DNA of 61,818 nucleotides. It comes from Pseudomonas phage Itty13. Shown here piece by piece: positions 35,493 through 43,999 of the stretch (its first letter is position 1; each line of letters opens with the position of its first letter). The stretch is taken from the sequence record MW460249.1. One strand, written 5' to 3'. The position numbers were made by a program, and so were the translations under genes. The notes under the pieces were generated by a model. It was not told where the DNA came from and made no database searches. It was given only the letters and a program-made list of their open reading frames with translations.

Positions 35493-35727
35493 GGTTTCAG
35501 GTCTGCTTGTTGGACCGGCGTTCCGCAACACTCTCCCCGTGACCCTTGGGGGCGGCCCTATCCAGCATTGGGGACCGCAGAAAGCACCTCATGGGTGGCT
35601 GGCTTTCAGACTTCCGGCTTTCGCCATGTTCTGCATTGGAAAGAGGGAACCTGACAGCTATGGCGCACTGCGTCCGGCCGTTCGCATTGCTCGTGCGCCC
35701 TGCTCAGCTTTTTGCACGGGCCGCCCT

Positions 35728-35798
35728 CTTTCCGATGCAGCCTCCCGTTCTCCGCCAGGAGCCGTGGGAGGTGATCGGGCCGTCTCTCCGGCTGTCCG
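35728..35798 (+). repeat. Structured repeat copy C (CCGATGCAGCC - hairpin CCTCCC/GGGAGG - TGATCGGG CCGTCTCTCCGGCTGTC)
   Basis: Same conserved flanks as copies A and B; the inner stem covaries. Confidence 0.5.
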
Positions 35799-35869
35799 CC
35801 CGTCTTTCCAGGCTGTACTGGTCCAGCAGGTGAGCTGGTGGAGCGAAGTATCTGCCAGCCCGATACAGA

Positions 35870-35945
35870 TTTGCAAATTTAAATACTACCGTTCGTCGGG
35901 TTTCTACTTCTTATGATTGCGTTAGTTCTAACGCTAACCTAAGAT
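35870..35945 (+). promoter_or_regulatory. AT-rich early promoter/operator region with palindromes (ATTTGCAAAT, GCGTTAG-TTC-TAACGC)
   Basis: Local GC drop. Inverted repeats lie just upstream of the first early plus-strand gene. Confidence 0.35.
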
Positions 35946-35997
35946 GATCTCAACACGGCAAGCAATGCCGGACAGCAACCGACCGAGAGGTAGCAGC

Positions 35998-36528
35998 ATG
36001 GAACAGTTCGATCACATCGAGGCCGCCAGGGAAATCATCGCCATCGAGAAGGCGGAAGGCCGCCGCGCCGCAGAGCGCCACATCGCCCGCATGGCCAAAG
36101 ACTTCAACTGCGTACCCTTCGCCGAGGACCTGACCGCCAATGCCAGCGAGCTGGCCGACGTGCTGAACGTGCTGCCGTCCACCCTTCGTTGGATCGCCGA
36201 CACCCTGAACAGCGCCGTTGGGAAGTTCGCCAACCACATCGGCTACAGCGACGTGCATCCCTACGAAATCGTGCGGGAAGTCTCCGACAAGATCATCGAG
36301 GTGCGCGCGATGAAGGCCGAGCGCGACCCGACTTGGAAGCCCGAGATGATCCCTGGCGGCTTCGCTGCCCACTGCACCAACCAGCACGAACAGCGCTGGA
36401 TCATCACCAGCGACGAGAGCGCCCCGGTCATCCGCCTGCACCTGCGCAAGGATGGATGCTTCTACCGCCAGGGCAGCAAGTTCCGCCGCGAGGCCAAGCC
36501 GCGCCGGTTCTACGACTACAACTTCTGA
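35998..36528 (+). CDS. Hypothetical early protein (176 aa)
   Basis: ATG with RBS AGAGG (track ORF starts at 35944). First gene of the plus-strand early block. Confidence 0.55.
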   Translation: MEQFDHIEAAREIIAIEKAEGRRAAERHIARMAKDFNCVPFAEDLTANASELADVLNVLPSTLRWIADTLNSAVGKFANHIGYSDVHPYEIVREVSDKIIEVRAMKAERDPTWKPEMIPGGFAAHCTNQHEQRWIITSDESAPVIRLHLRKDGCFYRQGSKFRREAKPRRFYDYNF

Positions 36529-36544
36529 CCGGGAGGGCAAGACG

Positions 36545-36709
36545 ATGAACGCAGCACTGGCCAGACTTCAAAACAAACGCGCTTGGATGCTTCGCGACAT
36601 GCTTTCGAACAGATGGCACGGCTTCAGCTTTGCCGGCCACCCGTGGGCGAAGCAAATTCGCGCGATGCATGACGAGGCGAAATGCATCCGCGAGCATCAC
36701 GGCCGCTAA
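36545..36709 (+). CDS. Hypothetical small protein (54 aa)
   Basis: ATG with RBS GGGAGGG, inside track ORF 36452..36709. Confidence 0.45.
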   Translation: MNAALARLQNKRAWMLRDMLSNRWHGFSFAGHPWAKQIRAMHDEAKCIREHHGR

Positions 36710-36751
36710 TCAAGCCGCCCCGGTACGCCGGGGCATCACCGAGGAAAGGAC

Positions 36752-36997
36752 ATGAAAGATCACACTTCGATTCACCGCCAAGCCAAGGCCGAGGCATCCC
36801 GAATTGCTGATCACGCGGCGGCCACCAAGGGCGGCCCGTATATCGCCGCCAACAAGATCATGGCTCGCCGGGCCACCAAAGGGGCCAAGGCGGCATTGAT
36901 CGCGGCCATGACTGTAGGCGCCCTTTGCGAACGTGGACTGGCCGATGCAGCCGAGCAGTTGACGAAAGAGCTGGCCATGCTGGCAGCCGAGCACTAA
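36752..36997 (+). CDS. Hypothetical protein (81 aa)
   Basis: RBS GAGGAAAGG then ATG. Ala-rich helical product. Confidence 0.5.
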   Translation: MKDHTSIHRQAKAEASRIADHAAATKGGPYIAANKIMARRATKGAKAALIAAMTVGALCERGLADAAEQLTKELAMLAAEH

Positions 36998-37043
36998 CCC
37001 GCCGCCCTGCCGGTAGCAGGGCATCACCAGAGGAGACACCGAC

Positions 37044-37139
37044 ATGCAAAGCCTTCGTGACCGCTACGAAATCTACGTCCGCTGCGCCACCGACCTCGGC
37101 TGGACGGTGAAGACCTTCGAGGAGTGGCTGAACTCTTAA
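37044..37139 (+). CDS. Hypothetical small ORF (31 aa)
   Basis: RBS GAGGAG then ATG; product MQSLRDRYEIYVRCATDLGWTVKTFEEWLNS. Below the ORF-track size cut-off. Confidence 0.3.
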   Translation: MQSLRDRYEIYVRCATDLGWTVKTFEEWLNS

Positions 37140-37232
37140 CCCGCCGCCCGGCCGGAAGCCGGGCCTCCCGAGAGCGCATCCAGAGCGGTGCGCTGTCGAG
37201 AGCAACGACCAACGAGCGAGGATCAACCCGCC

Positions 37233-37520
37233 ATGACCCGAGAAATCGTCTTCACCGCCACCGATACCGAGCTGGAAACCGCGCAACTGATCGTCGAGCG
37301 TGCCGAGAGCATGGCGCGCAAGTACGGCCAGGAAATCGACCGCACGTCCCTGCTCATGGACCTGATCGCCTGCAACGCGAACGGCTGCCCGCTGAAGTTC
37401 CAGGCTCTGCTGGACGCCGACGACGGGAATTTCGCGCACGATGTGTTCGGCATCCGCCGCTACATGGACCGCACCACCGGCCAGCTCACTGACTGCTTCC
37501 TTCCGCGCTTCGCGGTTTGA
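37233..37520 (+). CDS. Hypothetical protein (95 aa)
   Basis: ATG with RBS GCGAGGAT, within track ORF 37188..37520. Confidence 0.5.
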   Translation: MTREIVFTATDTELETAQLIVERAESMARKYGQEIDRTSLLMDLIACNANGCPLKFQALLDADDGNFAHDVFGIRRYMDRTTGQLTDCFLPRFAV

Positions 37521-37528
37521 GGATCACC

Positions 37529-37726
37529 ATGAAACGCTTCCCGACTTACCGCGAGCGCCTGAACCGCGCTCTGTACTCCGCGCCGCGCATCACCCTGCAC
37601 GACGCCGACATGATCCAAGCCGCCGAGCTGGAGCGCCAGACGCTGGAGCTGGAGCGCATCCGCGCGAAGGCCTCGGCCTACATCGCCAAGAACCCGGCAC
37701 CGCGCGCCGTCTACCTCCTGGGGTGA
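37529..37726 (+). CDS. Hypothetical protein (65 aa)
   Basis: RBS GAGGA then ATG, within track ORF 37517..37726. Confidence 0.45.
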   Translation: MKRFPTYRERLNRALYSAPRITLHDADMIQAAELERQTLELERIRAKASAYIAKNPAPRAVYLLG

Positions 37727-37729
37727 TCC

Positions 37730-37972
37730 ATGAACAAGTATCAGCGCAAACTCATCCTCGAAGCGCTCTGCCGGCTGCGCGACCCTGGCAACCCCGAGAG
37801 CATCGAAACCGCACGCGGATACGCCCAGGGCGCTCGCCACTTCGCCCTGCAAAGCGGACTGCTCACCCACGAGGAGAGCACTCGGCTGTTCGAGCTGGAG
37901 CGGAATGCCGCCGGCCACTGCTCCGCCAAAACTCCCTGGCCGAAGGCGTTCAACGAATGTCTCCCTTTCTGA
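37730..37972 (+). CDS. Hypothetical protein (80 aa)
   Basis: Track ORF with RBS GGGGTGA. Confidence 0.5.
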   Translation: MNKYQRKLILEALCRLRDPGNPESIETARGYAQGARHFALQSGLLTHEESTRLFELERNAAGHCSAKTPWPKAFNECLPF

Positions 37973-38060
37973 AACTGGCCGTCGCCGGCCTCGCCCTGAC
38001 CCTCCTGGCCGCCTTCGTGGTGCTGGAGATCATCGCCGCGAACCTGGGAGGGATGCCGCT

Positions 38061-38234
38061 GTGACCGTCGCCCTGCTGGTGTGGTGGCTGACCGCCACGA
38101 GCTGCGAGGCCGCAACGCCTATCGTCTCCGACGAACACGACGCGCTGCGCATCTGCCTGACCATCGCAGCGGACGAGAAGCCCAACTACAGCGCATTCGG
38201 CGAAGGCGTCGAGTGCGTCACCTACGACAACTGA
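38061..38234 (+). CDS. Small secreted/lipoprotein-like protein (57 aa, GTG start)
   Basis: RBS GGGAGGG then GTG. N-terminal hydrophobic segment LLVWWLTATSC with a lipobox-like Cys. Forms the tail of track ORF 37905..38234. Confidence 0.35.
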   Translation: MTVALLVWWLTATSCEAATPIVSDEHDALRICLTIAADEKPNYSAFGEGVECVTYDN

Positions 38235-38303
38235 TCCGGCCGCATGGCCAGAACCGAAGCCGGCCCGGCATGGACGGCACCCAACCAAGAAGGAAAGTTA
38301 CCG

Positions 38304-38696
38304 ATGAACGAGAAAGTTACCGAAGTCGAACGCGAGGAAAGCGAAGGTTTCAACCTTGAGCAGTGGATCGAAAGCAAGCCCGCCGCCTTCGACCGTAAGG
38401 CGGAGTACGAGGAACACATCGAGCCGCTGGTGCTCGCACTTCACCAAGCCTGTCGGCGCCACGGGCTCCCGTTCTTCGCCGTCATTACGCATACCCAACA
38501 GGCCAACGGCGACACCGGCGCAGCATGCAGCCACCACTTCCCCTCGATGGAGCATACACCGCCGGAGATGCTGATGCTCATCTCCGCATCGCGGCGCCAT
38601 TTGGAAGGCGTCATGCTTGTGGCGAGTGGAGCCATGGAGCGCCACGGCACCGACGAGGAGCCGGCCGAAGCTCCGGCCTCGGAAACCGCTCACTGA
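38304..38696 (+). CDS. Hypothetical protein (130 aa)
   Basis: ATG with RBS AGAAGGAAAG, within track ORF 38244..38696. Confidence 0.5.
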   Translation: MNEKVTEVEREESEGFNLEQWIESKPAAFDRKAEYEEHIEPLVLALHQACRRHGLPFFAVITHTQQANGDTGAACSHHFPSMEHTPPEMLMLISASRRHLEGVMLVASGAMERHGTDEEPAEAPASETAH

Positions 38697-38774
38697 TCAA
38701 CCACCGACCGAGCGCCGGCCCTTCGGGGCCGGTTTCTCCATGGCCCAAAGGCCCAATAACGAGAGGGAATCCCC

Positions 38775-39077
38775 ATGGCTAAACGCGGACAACTGACCCA
38801 GGCCGTAGCCGACAAGGCGCGCGAGCTGCTTGGCAAGGAAATCACCCAGGTCGAGCTGCGCCTGATGCCCTATGCGCAGAACGTGATGCTGAACGACCAG
38901 CGTATCGACCCGCGAAAGATCAACGGCGAGGAGCGCGAAATTCTCAGCGACTGGCGCGAGCGCGGATGGATCGAAGGTGGCGCCGCCGGCATGGCGATCA
39001 GCAAAGACTTCTGGACCGCCATCCACGAAATCCTTTGGCTCGCCTACGTCGCCTACGCCGAGCAGCCGGACGAGTGA
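38775..39077 (+). CDS. Hypothetical protein (100 aa)
   Basis: RBS GAGAGGGAA then ATG. Confidence 0.55.
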   Translation: MAKRGQLTQAVADKARELLGKEITQVELRLMPYAQNVMLNDQRIDPRKINGEEREILSDWRERGWIEGGAAGMAISKDFWTAIHEILWLAYVAYAEQPDE

Positions 39078-39084
39078 CGCCGCC

Positions 39085-39294
39085 ATGCTGAAGCGCATCC
39101 GCATCTACCTCCTGAAGCGCTCGCTCAAGGCCAGCTACACCGCGTACATGGAAGCGCTGGAGAGCAGGGATTGCGGCCGCGAGCTAGCCGACAGCCTGCC
39201 GAGTGTGAGCCGCCACCGCGAGCGCTGCAATGTGCTGCTGTCCAAGCTGCGCCGGCTGGACCCTGCCGCGCCGCTGCCCAGCCGCATCAACTGA
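39085..39294 (+). CDS. Hypothetical protein (69 aa)
   Basis: ATG within track ORF 38977..39294. Weak RBS. Confidence 0.35.
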   Translation: MLKRIRIYLLKRSLKASYTAYMEALESRDCGRELADSLPSVSRHRERCNVLLSKLRRLDPAAPLPSRIN

Positions 39295-39333
39295 CCTACC
39301 GGCCTCACGGCCCAACAACGAGAGGAAATCCCC

Positions 39334-40038
39334 ATGCAAGTAGACATCAACATCGAGGAGCTGGCAGGCGCCGCGCTGGCGAGCGCCCTGGAGCCGTCCC
39401 GTATCGCCGACAAGCTGCGCGAGCACATGGAGAAGTCCGTTGACGAAGCCATCGGCGACCTGTTCCGCTACAGCAGCCCGTTCAAGAAGATGCTGGCCGA
39501 GCAGCTTGCCAGCGCCATGCCAACCACAGTCGAAGGCATCGGCCAGTACGGTGATGTCGTGCTCAAGACCCTGATGGGCGTCATCTCCCAGGTCCGCGAA
39601 GACAACCTCCGGCAGACCATCGAGGAGGAGGCCAAGAACCTGCTCGCGCCTGTGCCGGCCGAGTACACGCTTTCCGAGCTGCTGCGCCTCTTCTGCGAGA
39701 AGGCGGACGACGAATACAGCGACAACTCCCGCCCCACGATCATCGTCGATGAGCCTGACGAGCGCGGTTACTGGGACCTCTCTCTCGACAAGGAACCGGG
39801 CCAATCGAAGTACGGATGCGCGTACCGCCTGCGCTTCCGCAAAATCGAAGGTTCCGAGCTTTCCGAGTGCTGGTCGATGAAGGCGGGCGATGTCGATCCA
39901 TCGAAATCGCTGTTCCTCGGCAAGAGCTACGGCGAGCAGGCCCTCCTGCTGAACCTGTACACCTGCAAAACCAAGGTGAAGTACGAGCCCATCGATCCCG
40001 ACGACTTCGGCTACCCGAGCCGCGAGCGCGACTACTGA
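39334..40038 (+). CDS. Hypothetical protein (234 aa)
   Basis: RBS GAGAGGAAA then ATG. Good composition. Confidence 0.55.
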   Translation: MQVDINIEELAGAALASALEPSRIADKLREHMEKSVDEAIGDLFRYSSPFKKMLAEQLASAMPTTVEGIGQYGDVVLKTLMGVISQVREDNLRQTIEEEAKNLLAPVPAEYTLSELLRLFCEKADDEYSDNSRPTIIVDEPDERGYWDLSLDKEPGQSKYGCAYRLRFRKIEGSELSECWSMKAGDVDPSKSLFLGKSYGEQALLLNLYTCKTKVKYEPIDPDDFGYPSRERDY

Positions 40039-40087
40039 TCATCAACCTACCGGGCGCCCTGGTGGCGCCCCCACCGAGGAAAGGAAC

Positions 40088-40288
40088 ATGCTGACTGAAC
40101 AGCAGCGCAGGACGCTCGCGCAGCGACTGATCGAGACCTACATCGCCAACTGCCATTGCAGCGGCGTCGATGAACTCAGGCAGGCGATTGCCACAATGCA
40201 GGAGATGGCGAACGACTGCGCCGCCTCGATTGGCGAAGGCCGCGCCATTCTGGTCGCGGTGGACATGGACGGCATCACCAAGCACTGA
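40088..40288 (+). CDS. Hypothetical protein (66 aa)
   Basis: RBS GAGGAAAGGAA then ATG. Confidence 0.5.
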   Translation: MLTEQQRRTLAQRLIETYIANCHCSGVDELRQAIATMQEMANDCAASIGEGRAILVAVDMDGITKH

Positions 40289-40333
40289 CCACCACCGGGC
40301 GCCGTGCGCGCCCCAACAACGAGGGGAACCCCC

Positions 40334-40675
40334 ATGCTCAAGAAACTGATGGCCCTGTTAGGCCGCAAGAAGCCCAAGCCCAAAGCGCCCGCGCCGATCC
40401 GCGCAACCAGCGTGCGGGAAACGCTGGGCAGCCACCGCGACAGTCCAAGCGTTTCGCGTGTCGTGCGAGATGACAGTCGGCGCGACGACTCCCTGGACCC
40501 ATTGAACCCGCTGAACCCGATGGGCATCACCAGCCCCATCAGCCCGCTGAACCCGGCGAACTATTCCGCCGACCCGTCGCCTTCGTGCAGCAGCGACAGC
40601 TTCAGCGGCTCCAGCAGCTACTCGTCGAGCGACAGCGGCAGCTCGTGCAGCTCCAGCGACAGCAGCAACTGGTGA
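40334..40675 (+). CDS. Low-complexity protein with Ser/Asp/Cys-rich C-terminal tail (113 aa)
   Basis: RBS GAGGGGAA then ATG. The C-terminus is SPSCSSDSFSGSSSYSSSDSGSSCSSSDSSNW. GC3 is high, so it is likely coding. Confidence 0.5.
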   Translation: MLKKLMALLGRKKPKPKAPAPIRATSVRETLGSHRDSPSVSRVVRDDSRRDDSLDPLNPLNPMGITSPISPLNPANYSADPSPSCSSDSFSGSSSYSSSDSGSSCSSSDSSNW

Positions 40676-40730
40676 CGATCAACCATCAGGGCGCCCAGGC
40701 GGCGCCCCAACAATGAGAGGTAACAGCCCC

Positions 40731-41177
40731 ATGACTTCCCATGACCGCAACCTGCTGAAAACCGACGATATTCTGGCGTTCCAGCGCTGGATGGACGAGA
40801 ACAAGCTGCCCTGGCGGAAGGGCAAGGGCGAGTTCGAGCTGATGCAGGTGAAGCTGTCCCGTGGCTGGGCGGCGATCTTCACCAACACCGCCGGCGCCGT
40901 GACCACTCCGGCGGCACTGCGCGAGATGATCGCGCGCTTCAAGAAAGGCCTGCCGTACACCGGCCAGACGCCGCGCTCCCAGGCTCAGGCCGAAGGCGCC
41001 GACTTCCTCAACGACCTGCGCGACGACATCGCCATGCGCGTGCTGCCCTCGCTGCTCATCGACGCATACCACACTCGCGGCTCGACGCCGGAGGCGATGG
41101 CTGAATCCGCTTACGACATCGCGGACGCCATGCTGGCCGAGCGCGCGAAGCGCCTGGGCAGAGGATCGCAGGCATGA
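40731..41177 (+). CDS. Hypothetical protein (148 aa)
   Basis: RBS GAGAGG then ATG, within track ORF 40713..41177. Confidence 0.5.
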   Translation: MTSHDRNLLKTDDILAFQRWMDENKLPWRKGKGEFELMQVKLSRGWAAIFTNTAGAVTTPAALREMIARFKKGLPYTGQTPRSQAQAEGADFLNDLRDDIAMRVLPSLLIDAYHTRGSTPEAMAESAYDIADAMLAERAKRLGRGSQA

Positions 41178-41335
41178 AGCGCCAGGCCGAGCGCGCCACC
41201 CCGGCGCAGGTTCAACAGCACATCGAGCGCCAGCACGCCCTGGGCGAGCGCATGATCGGCGACCGCGACATGCCGCGTCCGGTCGAGCTGATCGTGACCG
41301 GGCTGCTGCTGGTCCTGGCCTTCCTGATCTGAGGC
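41174..41335 (+). CDS. Small tail-anchored membrane protein (53 aa)
   Basis: ATG overlaps the upstream stop (ATGA). C-terminal TM segment VELIVTGLLLVLAFLI. Confidence 0.4.
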
Positions 41336-41340
41336 CCGCC

Positions 41341-41613
41341 ATGTTCGACGCGATCAGACCATCAGCACACGGCGGCATGGCCCGCGCCGTGCTCGCCGTG
41401 GAGGGCATCACCTACACGGTAGAGTTCTTCCCAGGCTCCGACATTGTGCAGACGCTCATCGAGGGCGACATGCTGCCGGTGCGCGGCGGCTCCGGCATGG
41501 GCATGGAGTTCCGGCGCTCTGAGGTCATCGAGCGCGGGCGCTACTTCGAGCGCTGGACGGAGAGCTACTTCGTCTTCGCAACGACACCAGCCCGGCGGCG
41601 CCGGGGAGGATGA
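41341..41613 (+). CDS. Hypothetical protein (90 aa)
   Basis: Track ORF with RBS GAGG. Confidence 0.5.
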   Translation: MFDAIRPSAHGGMARAVLAVEGITYTVEFFPGSDIVQTLIEGDMLPVRGGSGMGMEFRRSEVIERGRYFERWTESYFVFATTPARRRRGG

Positions 41614-41617
41614 CGCG

Positions 41618-41788
41618 ATGCGCAGGCACTCCCGAGACTGGTATCTCGAAAAGATCAGGCTGGCCCAGGCCAAGGCCATTTACGAGGGCATCCCCTACGT
41701 TCTGCTCGCGCTCCCTCGCGGCGAGGTAGTGGTGATGCCAGACGGCAAGAAATTCGGCGGCAAGCTCCTTGAGCGCTTCCACCCATAA
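41618..41788 (+). CDS. Hypothetical small protein (56 aa)
   Basis: RBS GGGGAGGA then ATG. Forms the tail of track ORF 41444..41788. Confidence 0.45.
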   Translation: MRRHSRDWYLEKIRLAQAKAIYEGIPYVLLALPRGEVVVMPDGKKFGGKLLERFHP

Positions 41789-41800
41789 CCGGAGTAGAGA

Positions 41801-41980
41801 ATGACCGACAGAACCAGAAACGAGCGCGCGAAGCGCCTGTACGAGAAGCGGATCGCCGAGGGCAAGGTGAAGCTCTCCTACTGGGTGAGCGCAAAGGCCA
41901 GGGCGCGGCTGGAGGTCCTGGCCAGCAAGGCGGGCATGCAGCCGGCCGACTTCCTCGAACAACTCCTTGAGCGGGCCTAG
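41801..41980 (+). CDS. Small ribbon-helix-helix-like DNA-binding protein (59 aa)
   Basis: RBS GGAGTAGAGA then ATG. Product MTDRTRNERAKRLYEKRIAEGKVKLSYWVSAKARARLEVLASKAGMQPADFLEQLLERA. Last gene before the terminator. Confidence 0.4.
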   Translation: MTDRTRNERAKRLYEKRIAEGKVKLSYWVSAKARARLEVLASKAGMQPADFLEQLLERA

Positions 41981-41995
41981 TGCCCGCTTTTTTTC
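41968..41995 (+). terminator. Intrinsic terminator (GCGGGC-ctagt-GCCCGC followed by TTTTTTT) ending the plus-strand early block
   Basis: A perfect 6-bp GC stem followed by a T7 run sits at the convergent junction with the minus-strand hydroxylase-like gene. Confidence 0.6.
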
Positions 41996-42531
41996 ACGTC
42001 CACCAGCAGGATCAGCCGATCCCGATCCCCATCGTTCCGCGCGCTGTGCAGTAGCGTGTCGTCGAACAGCAGGACCTCCCCGTCGCGCCACTCGCGCGTT
42101 TCCTCCCCGACAGTGATGCTCGCCCCAGGCGGACAGTCGAGCCCCAGGTGCAGGCGCAGGACATCGCTCGTGTAGCCGACGTGCGGCACGATCACCGTGC
42201 CCGGCGCCAGCCTGGAGAAGCCGGCGTTGAACACCAGGGCACGCGCCAGCCAGGGGAACAGCTCGATCACCGGCAGCACGACCTCGCCCTGCCACTTCAG
42301 CGCGAACACATCCCAGCCGCCGCCGTGCAGCGGCTCCGGCCACTCCATGAACGACCGCGAGGCATTCTCCGCGAACTGGCGGAGCTGGTCGGCCTGGGCC
42401 TGGAGCTGGCCGGCAAGCGAGCGGATCGCGGGAAAGTCATCGACGAAAAGGAACATATCACCCCCAGGAGGCCGCCAGATTTCGCGCAGGCGGCGTTTTC
42501 TTCGCTTACCCATGGCGTAGGCAGCATCCAT
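41977..42531 (-). CDS. Aspartyl/asparaginyl beta-hydroxylase-like cupin oxygenase (184 aa)
   Basis: ATG at 42531; the track ORF extends further as low-complexity sequence. The C-terminal cupin region (WPEPLHGGGWDVFAL...GTVIVPHVGYTSDVLRLHLGLDCP...EWRDGEVLLFDDTLLHSARN) resembles the Asp/Arg-hydroxylase family. Confidence 0.5.
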   Translation of the reverse strand: MDAAYAMGKRRKRRLREIWRPPGGDMFLFVDDFPAIRSLAGQLQAQADQLRQFAENASRSFMEWPEPLHGGGWDVFALKWQGEVVLPVIELFPWLARALVFNAGFSRLAPGTVIVPHVGYTSDVLRLHLGLDCPPGASITVGEETREWRDGEVLLFDDTLLHSARNDGDRDRLILLVDVKKSGH

Positions 42532-42545
42532 GCCGCCACCGCGCT

Positions 42546-43334
42546 CTACGCGCGAGCAGACGCCCACTTGCAGAGGATAGTCCGGCCGCCGGCCTCGTTC
42601 AGTCGATCGGCAACCCGGTCGCCGAGGCAGGCGCGCACCTGATCGCGCTCGATGTTGCCGGCGAACACCGTGGGGCGCTTCGCCTGATACCGGGCGTTGA
42701 TGATCTCGAAGAGGTACAGCAGCTCGGTATCGCTCCCCCAGCCCATGCCGATCTCGTCCAGCACCAGCAGGGACGGCGAGGCGTAGGCGTCGATGATGTC
42801 GCTCTCCGCCCTGGCGCGGGTCGTCCAGTTGTCCTTGAACTGGCGCACCGCGTCGGTGACGGTCGAGTAGACAGCGGACATTCGGTGCCGGCGGATCACC
42901 TCGCCGGCGATGGCGGTGGCCAGATGGGTCTTCCCGGTGCCCGGCGGGCCGAGCAGCAGCAGACAACGGCCGTCTTCCAGGCGCTCGGGAAAGGTCTCGG
43001 CATAGTCGCGGCAGGCCTCCAGGGCCGCGCGCTGGCGGTCGCCCTCGACGCGGTAGTCCTGAAAGGTCTTGCTCTCGAAGCGCGGAGGGATCGCGGAGCG
43101 GCCGAGCAGCGCCATGACGCGCTGCGATGCACGGCGCTCGCGCTCGCGCTGCTGCTCCTCCTGCTCGATACGGCTCTGCTCCTCGCGCGAGCACTCCGGG
43201 CAACTCGTCCAGTTGCCGGTGCGCTCGATCAGCGCGGACACGAAGTCGCCATGCACCTCGCAGGTGCTACGGCGCTTCTTCGTGATCCCAAAGCGACGAT
43301 CCATTTCGCTGATGATGGTCGAAAGCTCCTGCAT
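42546..43334 (-). CDS. DnaC/IstB-like AAA+ helicase loader (262 aa)
   Basis: Walker A LLLGPPGTGKTHLATAIA and Walker B LLVLDEIG. ATG at 43334 overlaps the upstream stop. Confidence 0.7.
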   Translation of the reverse strand: MQELSTIISEMDRRFGITKKRRSTCEVHGDFVSALIERTGNWTSCPECSREEQSRIEQEEQQRERERRASQRVMALLGRSAIPPRFESKTFQDYRVEGDRQRAALEACRDYAETFPERLEDGRCLLLLGPPGTGKTHLATAIAGEVIRRHRMSAVYSTVTDAVRQFKDNWTTRARAESDIIDAYASPSLLVLDEIGMGWGSDTELLYLFEIINARYQAKRPTVFAGNIERDQVRACLGDRVADRLNEAGGRTILCKWASARA

Positions 43335-43999
43335 CACAGCCCCCCGACAAGCACGGTTTGATCGGAGCCGTCGCCGTAGTCCCGCTGATCGAGACCATGA
43401 TGCCGGGATGGCGGCGCACGGCGGTTCGCCAGCCATGCGGCCTTCAGACTCTGCCAGCCGGCGGCCATGGCCTCAGCCAGGGCGTCATCGACGGACCAGC
43501 CGGACCCCGCTGCAAGGGACAACTCCTTCGCCAGCAGGTTCACGGCGGTTTGCGTGAGCGGCGCCCGCTTCGCCTTCCGATGCTTCAGGAAGTCAGCCCA
43601 TACAGCCGGGCTCGGCTGCTCAGGGAAGCCGGAGAGGTCGAGCTGCGCAGCAGCGCTCTTTTTCGGTTCCTTTGTAGGTTCCTGTTGCGGTTCCTTTACG
43701 GTTCTGGGTGCACCTGCTGCGGGGCGCACCTCCTGCGGGGGTGCATATGCTGCGGGGGTGATCGTGAAGTAGGAGGATCGCCCAGTCCGTTCGTTCACCG
43801 TGACAATCTTCGCCGAGGCGAGCCACTTGATCGCATTCTGAACAGCCCGCTCCGAAAGGCAGGTGCGCATGCAGATTTTCGCGATGGACGGCCAGCAAAC
43901 GCCCTCGTCGTTCGCATTGTCGGCGAGCGAGATCAGAACAGCCTTCTGAGTGGCGGACATCTGGAGCGGCCAGCATTGCGACATGATGATGGTGCTCAT
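43334..43999 (-). CDS. Replication initiation protein with N-terminal HTH (lambda O-like, 221 aa)
   Basis: RBS GGAGGCGAGGA then ATG. N-terminal QKAVLISLADNANDEGVCWPSIAKICMRTCLSERAVQNAIKWLASAKIV is an HTH of the replication-initiator type. Adjacent to the DnaC-like loader. Confidence 0.6.
   Translation of the reverse strand: MSTIIMSQCWPLQMSATQKAVLISLADNANDEGVCWPSIAKICMRTCLSERAVQNAIKWLASAKIVTVNERTGRSSYFTITPAAYAPPQEVRPAAGAPRTVKEPQQEPTKEPKKSAAAQLDLSGFPEQPSPAVWADFLKHRKAKRAPLTQTAVNLLAKELSLAAGSGWSVDDALAEAMAAGWQSLKAAWLANRRAPPSRHHGLDQRDYGDGSDQTVLVGGL

Noticed and set aside
34700-35900. CRISPR array or canonical tRNA genes in the ORF-free region
   Set aside because: The three repeats are ~260-300 nt apart with unrelated intervening sequence, and the repeats themselves are hairpins. 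That is not a repeat-spacer array. The tRNA-like elements lack a normal anticodon arm, so I list them only as tRNA-like.
37954-38064. 36-aa hydrophobic ORF (MSPFLKLAVAGLALTLLAAFVVLEIIAANLGGMPL) overlapping the end of 37730..37972
   Set aside because: It has a weak RBS and a 19-nt overlap with the upstream gene. It may be real but the evidence is insufficient; the downstream 57-aa GTG ORF with RBS GGGAGGG is better supported.
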